Shown: piece after piece, positions 8,607 through 18,000 of the stretch
Layout: each line of letters starts with the position of its first letter
How positions within the stretch are numbered: position 1 is the stretch's first letter
Origin: a virus
Lineage: Duplodnaviria > Caudoviricetes
Length of the DNA: 34,194 nucleotides
Reading direction: 5' to 3' (one strand)
Virus record (IMG/VR): IMGVR_UViG_3300009095_000041
Coordinates: 1 to 34,194 of that record
Position numbers and translations under genes: made by a program
Notes under the pieces: generated by a model
Seen by the model: only the letters and a program-made list of their open reading frames with translations
The model's database searches: none
What the model was told of the DNA's origin: nothing

Positions 8607-9053
8607 TCAAAAGGGCAGGTCGTCCTCCTCGTCCTCGGCCAGCGCCTTCGGCATGTCGTCGTAGGACGAGGGGCCATGCGTCGGCGTCGCCACCTGCCCG
8701 TACTTCGGGTATTCCTTGGCGATCTCCTCCGTGACCGGGCCGTCGTAGGTGAAGACCTCCAGTTGCTTCACCTTCGTCCCGGCCTTCGTGGTGCCCCATC
8801 CCGCAAACACCACCTTGACCAGCTTGCCCACGTCACGGGGCGAGAGCCGGGTGCGGATGCCCGCGTTCTCGGGGACGGACAGGATCTCCCCGCCCTTGGA
8901 CTCGGGGGAGAGGAAGTTGTAGAACGGCTTGCCGTACTTCATGCCGGGCAGGGTGCCGAGGAACAGGCCCTCGACCTCGGGGACCTGACCTGCGCCGTCC
9001 CCGATCTTCACCAGCTTGCCCAACTCCTGCTTCTTGTTCCAGTCAATCGACAT
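8607..9053 (-). CDS. single-stranded DNA-binding-like protein
   Basis: Beta-rich 148 aa with acidic tail EDEEDDLPF typical of SSBs; lies in the replication block; GAGGA SD. Confidence 0.65.
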   Translation of the reverse strand: MSIDWNKKQELGKLVKIGDGAGQVPEVEGLFLGTLPGMKYGKPFYNFLSPESKGGEILSVPENAGIRTRLSPRDVGKLVKVVFAGWGTTKAGTKVKQLEVFTYDGPVTEEIAKEYPKYGQVATPTHGPSSYDDMPKALAEDEEDDLPF

Positions 9054-9065
9054 GGGTTTGCGTCC

Positions 9066-10070
9066 TCACGGGTTGAAAATGTTGCCGAACGAACCTGCGA
9101 TCTGCGTGGCTTCCCTCGCCTGCTGCTGCTGAAACCGGGCCGACATCGCTTCGATCTTGTTGCGAAGCCCGTCCACCTTTGCCTGCCTGCTGGCAGCGTC
9201 CATTCCCGCCATGTTGGTGGCGTCGAACGCGACCCACTCCTGCGACCCGTCGGGCATGTTCGCGCTGTACATGTAGGTGTTCGTTGCCAGATCATGCCTC
9301 ACGGTGATGCCGGGCGGGAGCGTTGCATTGAAGTTCGGCGACCCGCCACCCTGCTGAGTCGGGTACGCGCCCGCGTTCGTGGCCTTTAGCCCAAGGTTCC
9401 CCACCGGCAGCGGTTGACGATGCCGGAGCACGGCACCTGCGATCCGGTTGCACTCGGCGTCCGTCAGGGTGTCCAGCACCCGCGCCCGCACGTCGGGGTC
9501 CACGGCAGGGTCACGGTCGATGGGGTGCCGGTCGTCCTCGACCGACGCGGCCACGCCGTCTGGCACGTCCTTCGTGCCACGGGTCAGGCGTGCCCACTCC
9601 CGGTCCATGTCCGCCGCAAAGTCCAGCGCCTCGACCTCCGCGTCGGTCAACTCCTGCTTGGCCTCGGTCGGCAGGGTCGCCGGGTCCACCGGCTTCCCGG
9701 ACTGGAAGGTCGACGTGATCCCCATGCCCGTGACCCGCGTGCCCGTGCGATGCTGCACCGCCTTCAACACGCGGGACACCGAGGCCACCCCCTCGGCCAG
9801 CAGCGCCAGCGCCACCGCTGCCTGTGCGACGTGCCGCGCCTGTGCGTCGGGCGTCATGGCCTCCACGTCGGCAACGTATTCCTTCGGCGAGGCGTAGGAC
9901 CCGAGCACGTCACACAGGTAGTGCGCCGCATCCTCCAGATCGACCTCGACCTCGAACGCCTGATTCCCTGCCGGGATCGGCGCAAAGTCGGAGTACGCCA
10001 CCTTCATGGTCGTGCCATCGGTAGAACCGCTCGACATCGCAGAGAAGGTGGCATGGATGGTGTCACCCAT
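9066..10070 (-). CDS. hypothetical protein
   Basis: 334-aa ORF with GGAGGAG SD, tightly packed, GC-rich third positions. Confidence 0.7.
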   Translation of the reverse strand: MGDTIHATFSAMSSGSTDGTTMKVAYSDFAPIPAGNQAFEVEVDLEDAAHYLCDVLGSYASPKEYVADVEAMTPDAQARHVAQAAVALALLAEGVASVSRVLKAVQHRTGTRVTGMGITSTFQSGKPVDPATLPTEAKQELTDAEVEALDFAADMDREWARLTRGTKDVPDGVAASVEDDRHPIDRDPAVDPDVRARVLDTLTDAECNRIAGAVLRHRQPLPVGNLGLKATNAGAYPTQQGGGSPNFNATLPPGITVRHDLATNTYMYSANMPDGSQEWVAFDATNMAGMDAASRQAKVDGLRNKIEAMSARFQQQQAREATQIAGSFGNIFNP

Positions 10071-10395
10071 CGCCGTCCTCCTCCCGCTTGGAATCCATCA
10101 CGGCCATTTCCTCCTCGAACTGGCGCATCCGGGCGATCTCTTCCTTCGTCGCCAGCGGCTTGCGGGTCGGTGGCATGTAGTTGTGCAGGGCGTGGTACTG
10201 CTTGCGCCACTCCCGGTAGGTGAGCAACTCGTTGCGGTCGTACATCCAGCACCGCTCGTCCTCATCGAACTCCGCCTTTTGCAGCGTCCCGCGTCGACGC
10301 ATCTGCTGGAGTCGCTGGCGACTGATCCCCAGCAACTCCCGCGCCTCGATGGGCGTCATCATCGTGCGTCCGTCGTCCTTGTGCAGTGTGCTCAT
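10063..10395 (-). CDS. helix-turn-helix DNA-binding protein (excisionase/MerR-like HTH)
   Basis: MTPIEARELLGISRQRLQQMRRRGTL pattern; ATGA coupling; GGAGGAG SD. Confidence 0.75.
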   Translation of the reverse strand: MSTLHKDDGRTMMTPIEARELLGISRQRLQQMRRRGTLQKAEFDEDERCWMYDRNELLTYREWRKQYHALHNYMPPTRKPLATKEEIARMRQFEEEMAVMDSKREEDGDG

Positions 10396-11036
10396 GCTGG
10401 TCGCGCTCCTCCCGTGATGAGGGCAAGGTACATCAGGTCGATGGCCACGGCGGTGAAGACGTGCCAGATGGCGTGGCCCCACGGCACGAGGCGACCGGAC
10501 TTGTCCAGTTGCCATGCCGCATAGGCGGCAAGGAAGACCAGCATGCTGATCCCCGCCAGCCCGGCGTCGCCGTGGAGCAGGGCACCCGTCCCCGCAAACC
10601 CGAGCAGCAGCCCCATTTGCAGGTCGAGGTTCACGCTCTTGATGACGTAGGTGAACAGGGTCGCGAGCACGACGCCCCACGTCACCATCGCCAAGGCGAT
10701 CATGTCGTGCGCGGGCGCCAGCGCACACGCCGCCAGCGCCCCGAACACGAGGTACATCCCGGCCCGGTCGAGGTTGTTGTCCGCCACCGTCTTGTAGGCG
10801 TGGTAGCGGTAGCTCCCGTACCCCAGCATCGTGAGCGTCGTGGCCATCACCAGCGTGGCGGGCGTCCACCCGGCGAGGAACGGGAGCACCCACCCGGCCA
10901 GCGGGTAGGCCGCGTTGCTGTACGCATTGCGCGGCCCGATGGGCGCCTCGCACCGCTGGAGGGCGAGGTCTTCACCCCACCCCCCACGGGCGATCTTCCT
11001 GCCGCAGTCCGCCGGGTCGTCAGCGAACCACGACAT
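10392..11036 (-). CDS. CREST-superfamily (ceramidase/PAQR/hemolysin III-like) multi-TM hydrolase
   Basis: About 7 hydrophobic segments; CE...NAYSNAAY, GSYRYH (SxxxH), NLDRAGM, HAIWH (HxxxH). Confidence 0.75.
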   Translation of the reverse strand: MSWFADDPADCGRKIARGGWGEDLALQRCEAPIGPRNAYSNAAYPLAGWVLPFLAGWTPATLVMATTLTMLGYGSYRYHAYKTVADNNLDRAGMYLVFGALAACALAPAHDMIALAMVTWGVVLATLFTYVIKSVNLDLQMGLLLGFAGTGALLHGDAGLAGISMLVFLAAYAAWQLDKSGRLVPWGHAIWHVFTAVAIDLMYLALITGGARPA

Positions 11037-11655
11037 CGGCAACCCCGATCTCGACCAGCCGACCCCGGCCCTCGCTGTCGTACTCGACGCGCAGCAGCCG
11101 GTCGAGGGGGGCCAGCTCGGCGTGGCTGTAGGCCACCGGCTCGCCGTTCTGGTCGTGCTCGACCATGTGGATCGCAAACAGCGCCGGGTCGCCGGAGCCG
11201 TTCCCGCCATGCACCACCAGCCGGGGGCGCACCGACCGCGCCATCCAGTCCAGCAGCGGGACCGCGCCATCCCCGGCGCTCGTGACCGTGACCTGCACCG
11301 CCGTGACCTTCGGCTTGGGCTTCGGTCCCTGCGGTCCCTTGCGGGCGACGGGGAATCCGTTCCGGCCCATCCAGCCCCGAACCGAGGCGGGCCGAAGGCC
11401 CATGTCCTTCGCCAGCGCCTCGACGCCGCCGGGCGTCTTGGCCGCGTCGATGAAGGCTTCGAGGTTGTCGTACATGATCTGGCCGAGGTCGTGCTGTCGG
11501 GTCTTCCGCTCGATCCCGCGCAGGTCGCAGTATTGCATCAAGGTGTGCGGCGAGATACTCAGCGTCTTCGCCACCGGGCGCAGGCCCCGGCTGGTCACGT
11601 CCTCCTCGATCATCGTGCGATTCCCGTCGAGGTACTTCAAGATCGCCTTCCGCAT
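11020..11655 (-). CDS. putative DNA-binding protein with two HTH-like motifs
   Basis: GLRPVAKTLSISPHTLMQY and GVEALAKDMGLRPASVRGW; AGGAG SD. Confidence 0.65.
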   Translation of the reverse strand: MRKAILKYLDGNRTMIEEDVTSRGLRPVAKTLSISPHTLMQYCDLRGIERKTRQHDLGQIMYDNLEAFIDAAKTPGGVEALAKDMGLRPASVRGWMGRNGFPVARKGPQGPKPKPKVTAVQVTVTSAGDGAVPLLDWMARSVRPRLVVHGGNGSGDPALFAIHMVEHDQNGEPVAYSHAELAPLDRLLRVEYDSEGRGRLVEIGVADVVVR

Positions 11656-11702
11656 GGTCGTGCTCCTGTCGTGTTGGTCAGTGGGGGTATGGTCCCTCGG
11701 TC

Positions 11703-12272
11703 CTACTCGTCCTCGTTCCCGTCGTCTGCAAGGGCAACCAGCTTGGATAGCCAGCCCTTGCGCTGCATTTCGACGTAGCCGTTCTCCGTCATGTCGCCAC
11801 GCTTGGCGAGGCGCTTCCTGAACTCCGTGACCGCCGCGTCCCGGAACTCCTCGACGAACTGCCGCAGGTGCGGCATCGGCTCGTCGGGGTCCTGCCCCGG
11901 CAGGTTCTCGCCCCTCGCTCGTGCCGCTGCCGTGTGCTTGCTGGACATCACCATGATGACATCCCACCGGGCCGTGGACTTTGCGCCCCAGTATGCGGCG
12001 AGCCGAGGCTCCATCATCACGGCCTCGGCGACGGCACGGGAGTGACAGCCGAGCGCCATCATGTGCATCGCCTTCGACGACATGGCCTCCGTCGACATCG
12101 GCGCGTCCTTGCTCACCCCGGCGACGTTGCCTTCCTTCACCATGTCCTCGTAGAGGAGGATGCCGACCTCCTCCATCATGGCCTGCAACTCGGGGACGGA
12201 CAGCGCGACACGCTCCTCCCCGTCCGGGCCGGTGACGAACCGGGTCTTGTCCTTCGTGTTGAAGCCGAGCAT
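11703..12272 (-). CDS. hypothetical protein sharing 27 aa with the VWA protein
   Basis: TGATG coupling to recT; GGAGG SD; contains repeat copy 2. Confidence 0.7.
   Translation of the reverse strand: MLGFNTKDKTRFVTGPDGEERVALSVPELQAMMEEVGILLYEDMVKEGNVAGVSKDAPMSTEAMSSKAMHMMALGCHSRAVAEAVMMEPRLAAYWGAKSTARWDVIMVMSSKHTAAARARGENLPGQDPDEPMPHLRQFVEEFRDAAVTEFRKRLAKRGDMTENGYVEMQRKGWLSKLVALADDGNEDE
11775..11855 (-). repeat. 81-bp exact inverted repeat, copy 2 (partner 497-577)
   Basis: Reverse complement identical to 497-577 over 81 bp. Confidence 0.95.
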
Positions 12273-13042
12273 CACGCCTCCTCGTCGAGGGAGTAGTCTT
12301 CGTCTTCGTCTTCGTCCTCCGCCTCGACCTCCTCGACCTCCGCAAACTGCAACCCAGCGTGGTCGAGCACCGCGTTCGGGCCGGTGACGTACCCGTCGTT
12401 GCGATCTTCCAGCACGGTCGCGGCCACCAACTCGGGGGACTTCGGCACCAGCTTCATCAGGCGGCGCACCGCCGTCTTCCGGGCCATTTCCCCCCAGTGG
12501 GTGTCCCATGCCCCGCCCCGTCCAGCCCGGATCTCCTCGATCTCGGCCACGGTCATGTACTCGAAGATCGGCTCGGCGCCATCCGCCAGATGGCACACGG
12601 CGTAGGCCCCGAGGCACTCGCCCCGCTCCGGGGTGAGATCAGGCAGGTGGTCGATGCGGGGGTCCGTGCCGTACTGCATCGCAAACTGGTCCCCGTCATA
12701 GTGGAGCCGGGCCGACACGCTCCGCACCCGAGGGTGCCGCATGGCCAACTCGACCAGCCCCTTGTAGTCCACCACGACGGTGGCCTCGCCGCCATAGTTG
12801 ACGATATGGGCCGTGTCCCCGATCTCCAACCCAAGCTGGGCCACCCGAAGGGCGGCCAGCGCCATCGAGGCGGGACGGCAGGTGAGCAGGTCGGGGTTGG
12901 CGCTGGCGGCAATCGTCGCGAGGAGGGTGATGCGGGCCGGAGTGATGCCGCTCCCGGCGGGGATGACCACGCTGTAGCGCGGCTCGAACGACTTCAATCG
13001 TTCGTTGAGCCGCTTCATGGCCACGGCCTTCGACTGGTTCAT
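12272..13042 (-). CDS. recT: RecT-family single-strand annealing protein
   Basis: NPDLLTCRPASM.LAAL..AQLGLE, AHIVNY, DYKGLVELAMR, GAYAV, WDTHWGEMARKTAVRRLMK.VPKS; acidic tail; AGAGGA SD. Confidence 0.9.
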   Translation of the reverse strand: MNQSKAVAMKRLNERLKSFEPRYSVVIPAGSGITPARITLLATIAASANPDLLTCRPASMALAALRVAQLGLEIGDTAHIVNYGGEATVVVDYKGLVELAMRHPRVRSVSARLHYDGDQFAMQYGTDPRIDHLPDLTPERGECLGAYAVCHLADGAEPIFEYMTVAEIEEIRAGRGGAWDTHWGEMARKTAVRRLMKLVPKSPELVAATVLEDRNDGYVTGPNAVLDHAGLQFAEVEEVEAEDEDEDEDYSLDEEA

Positions 13043-13091
13043 GGATGGTCCTCTGGTCAGGGTTTGCAGGGCAGGGGGCAACCCCGATACC

Positions 13092-13120
13092 ACGATACAT
13101 CAGGGCTTATGAAAACGCAA
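13092..13120 (-). promoter_or_regulatory. sigma70-like promoter for the recT-helicase block
   Basis: Minus strand TTGCGT-17 nt-TATCGT, about 50 nt upstream of the recT ATG, in the largest intergenic gap. Confidence 0.6.
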
Positions 13121-13142
13121 GGCCCCCCATTGCTGAGGAGCC
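13112..13142 (-). terminator. intrinsic terminator ending the late/lysis operon
   Basis: Minus strand GGCTCCTCA-GCAA-TGGGGGGCC (9-bp stem with two G.U pairs, GNRA loop) followed by TTGCGTTTT. Confidence 0.65.
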
Positions 13143-13223
13143 ATGCGCCAGCCCACTGCCGAAACTGAGAAGACCATCCCCTGTGAGGAAGCACCCCTGA
13201 CCGGATGCTCCATCAACCTACCC

Positions 13224-13979
13224 CTAGAACACGCCCGCCGCAAGGGCGCCCGTGCCTGCGCCCAGCAGGAAGACCGACCACCACGGCAGCCGACGCGGCG
13301 GCTCCCGGCCCACCGAGAGGGTCGCGTTGCACACCCCCTCGTCCTGCTCCACCGACGTGATCCCGACTCGCGCCCACTGGGGCGCCGTGACCAGCGTGGT
13401 GGCCGGGCGGTAGCCCGCCAGCCCCGGCGCCCCGCATCCCACCCGCACCCCGAGCAGCAGGCTGTCCAGCGCCACCGTCGCCGTCAGGCGACTGGCCCTC
13501 GGCGGCGGCACCAGCATCGCCTCGGCGTCCACCGTGTATGGCGGCTGGCGCAGGTGGAAGCTGGCCGTCAGGGAGTCCCCGTTGACCCGGCTCGTCCCCT
13601 CGGCCACCGCCCGCTCCAGCGACCGGATCGTCAGCAGCAGGCTCGCGTTCGCCCGGCGCTCCAGATTCAGGGCTGCGTCGAGACTGTCCCCGTGAAGTGC
13701 AAGCGCCTGCACGGCACGACGGGCGTAGACCGCAAGACTGTCCCGGTCCCGCGTGACGAGGAGGGCAACCTGACGGGTCGAGTCGGCAACCGCGTCGAGG
13801 GAATCCGCTGCCCGGAGGGCAACGCGGAGCGAGGCAGCGTAGGCGTCGCGTTCATGGACAAGGTCACGCCAGTTCGTCCATGCCCAGCCGCCCAGTGCGA
13901 GGAGGCCCGCAGCAAGCAGGCCCACCAGAAGTTGCTTTGCATGAGTCAGTCCCCATTGAATGATGCTCGTGATGTTCAT
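13224..13979 (-). CDS. spanin-like (Rz-like) lysis protein
   Basis: Directly after the endolysin; N-terminal TM, Ala/Leu coiled coil, second hydrophobic segment at the C-terminus. Confidence 0.5.
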   Translation of the reverse strand: MNITSIIQWGLTHAKQLLVGLLAAGLLALGGWAWTNWRDLVHERDAYAASLRVALRAADSLDAVADSTRQVALLVTRDRDSLAVYARRAVQALALHGDSLDAALNLERRANASLLLTIRSLERAVAEGTSRVNGDSLTASFHLRQPPYTVDAEAMLVPPPRASRLTATVALDSLLLGVRVGCGAPGLAGYRPATTLVTAPQWARVGITSVEQDEGVCNATLSVGREPPRRLPWWSVFLLGAGTGALAAGVF

Positions 13980-13988
13980 GGCATGCCC

Positions 13989-14387
13989 CTAGTCGGCTGC
14001 GACGATCAGTCGGTTGGGCCGACCGTCCATCGCAAACCCGAGATGGGCATGCTTGTCCTTGGCCGACCAGACCAGCTCCAGCTCCACGCCGCCGATCTCG
14101 TCCGGCCAGTTCTTGGCCACCGTGTACACCGCACCCACGAACTTCCACATTTGCGCCCACGACCAGTGCCGCACCCGGATGTCGAAGGCGCGGCCTTGGA
14201 AGTGCAGGCTCTTGGGTGAGGCGCCCGGTGGCATCACGCCGGGAGGACGCGCGTCGTCGGTGAGGATGATCGGCTGCGCGAAGACCCGGCGCACCTCGTT
14301 CAACCAGAACGCCGCCTTGGGGTCCACGAGTTCCGGGTGCTTGAACTCGGACAGCTTGAAGAACTCCAGATCCTTCGTCAGGGCCAT
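13989..14387 (-). CDS. endolysin, peptidase M15 family
   Basis: FKLSEF, PIILTDDAR, SLHFQGRAFDI and HAHLG: His/Asp/His zinc ligands of M15 peptidases. Confidence 0.85.
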   Translation of the reverse strand: MALTKDLEFFKLSEFKHPELVDPKAAFWLNEVRRVFAQPIILTDDARPPGVMPPGASPKSLHFQGRAFDIRVRHWSWAQMWKFVGAVYTVAKNWPDEIGGVELELVWSAKDKHAHLGFAMDGRPNRLIVAAD

Positions 14388-14390
14388 GGC

Positions 14391-14648
14391 TCACTCCTCC
14401 CGTTCACGGTCGGTACGCGCGGCAATCAGCTTGGCAATCCAGACCGGCGTGCCCGAGATCGCCAGCAGAATGAAGATCAGGCGGAACAGGTCCCACGCCT
14501 TGTCGCTCGGCTGCCAGATCCCCACGGCTTCCATGCGGAACGCCACCGCAAAGAAGACGACCGCTGCCAAGTAGAAGATTTGCAGCATGTCGAGGTCGTC
14601 GTCCCGCGTGAAGAACAGGCGGTACAGGAATCCCTTGATGCTCGCCAT
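14391..14648 (-). CDS. putative holin
   Basis: 85 aa, two TM segments, charged C-terminus, immediately upstream of the endolysin. Confidence 0.6.
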   Translation of the reverse strand: MASIKGFLYRLFFTRDDDLDMLQIFYLAAVVFFAVAFRMEAVGIWQPSDKAWDLFRLIFILLAISGTPVWIAKLIAARTDREREE

Positions 14649-15007
14649 CACCGGCTCCCCCGGCACCCGAAGTCGCTGTCCAGCAAGGCCACGTCTGCTG
14701 GCGTCAACTCCCGGCACCGCAAACGGATGAGCAGGTCCAGCTTCCGGTCGATGGTCTTGGCCTGAATCTCCGAGGCGTCCATCCGCTGCTCCAGACTCGT
14801 CACCCGCTCGTCGGGCGAGATGGAGCGGTAGCCCAGCGACGCCGCCAGCGCGACCAGCACCGACACCACCACGAGGACGACGCCGCGCCAGCGGTCGAAC
14901 ACCACATAGTTGAACTTCTCGCGGGCGGACTTGGGTTCGTAGGGCATCGGGTCCCACTCCTCGGCGCCTTTGCCGTTGACGTACAAGTGACCGTGGGGAT
15001 TGTTCAT
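14648..15007 (-). CDS. membrane protein in lysis cassette (holin/antiholin-like)
   Basis: One TM (VVLVVVSVLVALAASL) then a coiled coil with two Cys; coupled starts and stops. Confidence 0.55.
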   Translation of the reverse strand: MNNPHGHLYVNGKGAEEWDPMPYEPKSAREKFNYVVFDRWRGVVLVVVSVLVALAASLGYRSISPDERVTSLEQRMDASEIQAKTIDRKLDLLIRLRCRELTPADVALLDSDFGCRGSR

Positions 15008-18000
15008 CGTGACCCCGCCACGCGCCGCCGACCCCGCGACTGCGGGCCACGCGCCACGTCCTGCAATGCCGCCCGCAACGCCTCGCGCTCCACCGCGTTG
15101 CGCGGGCGAGGCACGCCACCACCACCCCGGATGCGAGACATGATGGCCTCGCGCACGCCGCTGCCCGTCTCGCGCAGCCGGTCGCTGTATTCCCGCACGG
15201 ACTCTCCTTCCGCACGGCGCGGCTTGGACAGCCCGCCCCGTGCCTCCAGCAAGGCTTGAATGTCGGGCAGGTCCAGCCGCTCGCTGGAGTTGCCGCTCAA
15301 CGGATTGACCAGCGACAGCGGACTGCCGCTGCGGAACTGCCGCTCGCGCCCGAGCACGTCGTAGTCCATCGGCAGCTTTTGGTTCAGGCCGGGGATGCGG
15401 CGCAGGATCGACCCGCCCATGTACTTCACGAAGTCGTCCTTGTCGACCATCCGCCCGCGCCCCTTGTCGCTGATGGCCGCGATGTCGCTCACCACCGTGG
15501 GCACCAGCGACGAGGCTTGGCTCGACGCAAAGGCCCCGAGGCGTCGGTCCGGGTCCTGCACCGCCTGCATGAACCCTTCGAGGCCCGTGACCAACGGCTG
15601 CTCCAGCACCGTCTTGCCGCCCTGCAAGGTCGACTGCGACAGGAGCGACATGATGTTGGACAGCTTGCTCTCGTTCAGGCTGCGATCCTCCATGGCGCGG
15701 GCCACGTTCGCCCCGACGATCAGCGCGTTGCCCCACGGGCTGTACTGCCCGACCGGGACCCACACGCCACCGATGTTCATGGAGTTGGGGCGCACGCCCG
15801 CCGCCTCCCATGCCGCCCGCTCGGAGGGGTCGGTGGGCATCGACCCGCTGAACACGCCGCGCTTGTAGAGGGAGTAGCCCCCACCGGCAGCCGCCAGCAG
15901 GCTGCCCGTCGCAAACCGGGACACGGCCTCGGCGGCGTCGCGCTGCGCCATGCGGATCTGCGCCGTGGTCAGCACGCCCCGCGCGACCTGATCCCGCAGG
16001 CCGTAGGTCAGCAGGCCCGCCCGCACCAGACCGAACGGCGTGTAGTCCATCACGCGACCGGCGATGTTGGCGCCGGTCCGCGCAAACGGCACGACGAGGT
16101 TCAGCGTCTCCTCCACCGCGTCACCCAGCAACGCCCCGCCCGGTCCCTTGCGGATCAGGGCCGGGAGTTCGCGCTTGATCTTCGTGACCAGCGAGGCCAT
16201 GGCCTCGTGGTTCTGGAAGGTGTTCCGCTCCGCCGTCAGCTTGGCCGCGTCCTTCATCTCCTGCGTCGGGCGCACGCGCAGCTCGGCCACCCGCTTCGGC
16301 AGCTCCTTGGCGTCGAGCAACCCGTCGGCGACTTCCTGCTTGGCGATGAGGCGAGCCTCCTCCGCCAGCCGGGCCGCGTAGCTGCCACCCTTGGCCACCT
16401 TGTCGATGCCGGTGGTCACGCGGAAGATCGACTTTTGCAGGGCGTCGAGCGATTCATCCACCGCCTGATTGCCCGTGAAGTTCTTGATCGTCGTGGACCT
16501 CGGCAGGTCCAGCCGGTACAGGGCGTCGGCGTCAATGTCGATCTTCCGCTGGCGCTCCAGCCACCCGGCAAGGCCACCCTCGCGGAAGGCGTTGACGCCC
16601 ACGTCCTCGCCCCAGAACCGGCGCATCGCCTCGACCATGCCCTCGGCCTTGGCGTCCGTCGTCCCCTCGACGCCCCGCACCGCATCCTTCAGGTCGCTCC
16701 AGATGTCGCCAAGGTTGGCGTCATCGGCAGAGCGCACCCCGGTGTTGGCCACCTTCCCGATGATGCGATCCGCAAAGGCACGGACCGGGGCGTTCACCGC
16801 AGACTCCACCACGGTGTTGGTCGTCCCCGAGATCAGGTCGCGTCCCCGCCCGGCGATGCCCGACAGGCGGCCCGCGTTGATGAGGTCCACCAGCATCCCG
16901 AACCCGCTGCGCTGCTGGAGGTCGAGCGCGTACTGGGCCGCGCCCTCGAAGTCGCGGGCATCCAGCAGGTCGCGCAGCTTCCCCGCCTCGTCCCCCGTGA
17001 GGTTGCGGCGCAGCGTGTCCGCCACCCGCGAGAGGTACGCCTCCGGGTTGTGCGCCATCGACGCGACCACCAGCCGGTGGGCACGCAGGTCCCGGCCCGC
17101 CTCCGTCCCCGCCCGCGAGAGGAAGTTCGCCAGCTCCGACTGGTCCTCCCGCAAACGGAGGAGTGCGCCGTCCACCAGCTTCAGCTTGGACTTGATGACA
17201 TCCGAGACGTTTCGGTCGCCCGTCGCTGCGAGGTCGTTCTTCAGTCGCGTGCGGGCGGCGACCAGCTTCTCCACGTCCTCGCTCACCCCGGCCAGCGTGC
17301 TGGCCACGGCGATGTTCTCCCGGCGCGTCGACCGGGCCGGATCGACCTGCTCCAGAATCCGGGCCGCGCTCAACCGTCGCGCGTCGCGCGTGACATGGGC
17401 CAGCGGTTCCACCGTCTTGGGCACGCCGCGCGTGACCTGTGCCTGACCCACGACCTCGGCAGCCAGCCGCGCCCGCGACTCGTCGGACAGGCCGACGAAC
17501 TGATCCATGTTGAGGTAGTCCCGCGCCGACTTGCCGCCGAGTTCCGGCAGCGGGGCGTAGGGGTCCACCAGTCGCTCGGGTCCCAAGGGCAGCGTGCCGC
17601 GCTCCGCCGTCAGCCGGTCCACGACGCGCTGGCGCGTGGCCGGGTCCGCCAGCTTGGCCCGGATGTCGGCTTCCTTTGCCTCCTGCTTTGCGGCATCGAG
17701 GACTTCACGGGCCGCCCGCCGGGCCGCCGGGTTGCCCCGGTTCGCCACGGCACGCCATGCCCACGATCCCCCCAGCGCCAGCAGCGCACCACCCGCCGCT
17801 GCCGCCGTGAGCGTCGCCAGTCGATCCCCCTCGTCCTCGCCACCCGGACCCTGCGCCGACAGCGTGGCCGGGGCACCGAGCGTGACGCCCAGCCCGGCGC
17901 CAAGCGCCGCCTTCCCGGCCTCCTTCTTCAGGACTCCCGTACCCGTGACCGTCGCAGAGGGAGCCTTATCTGAGGCTGCGGCGGTAGTCGAAAAAGGGTT

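Noticed and set aside
497-11855. 81-bp repeat as a DGR template/variable pair or attachment site
   Set aside because: Copies are identical (no adenine-specific mismatches) and inverted; no reverse transcriptase or integrase in the window.
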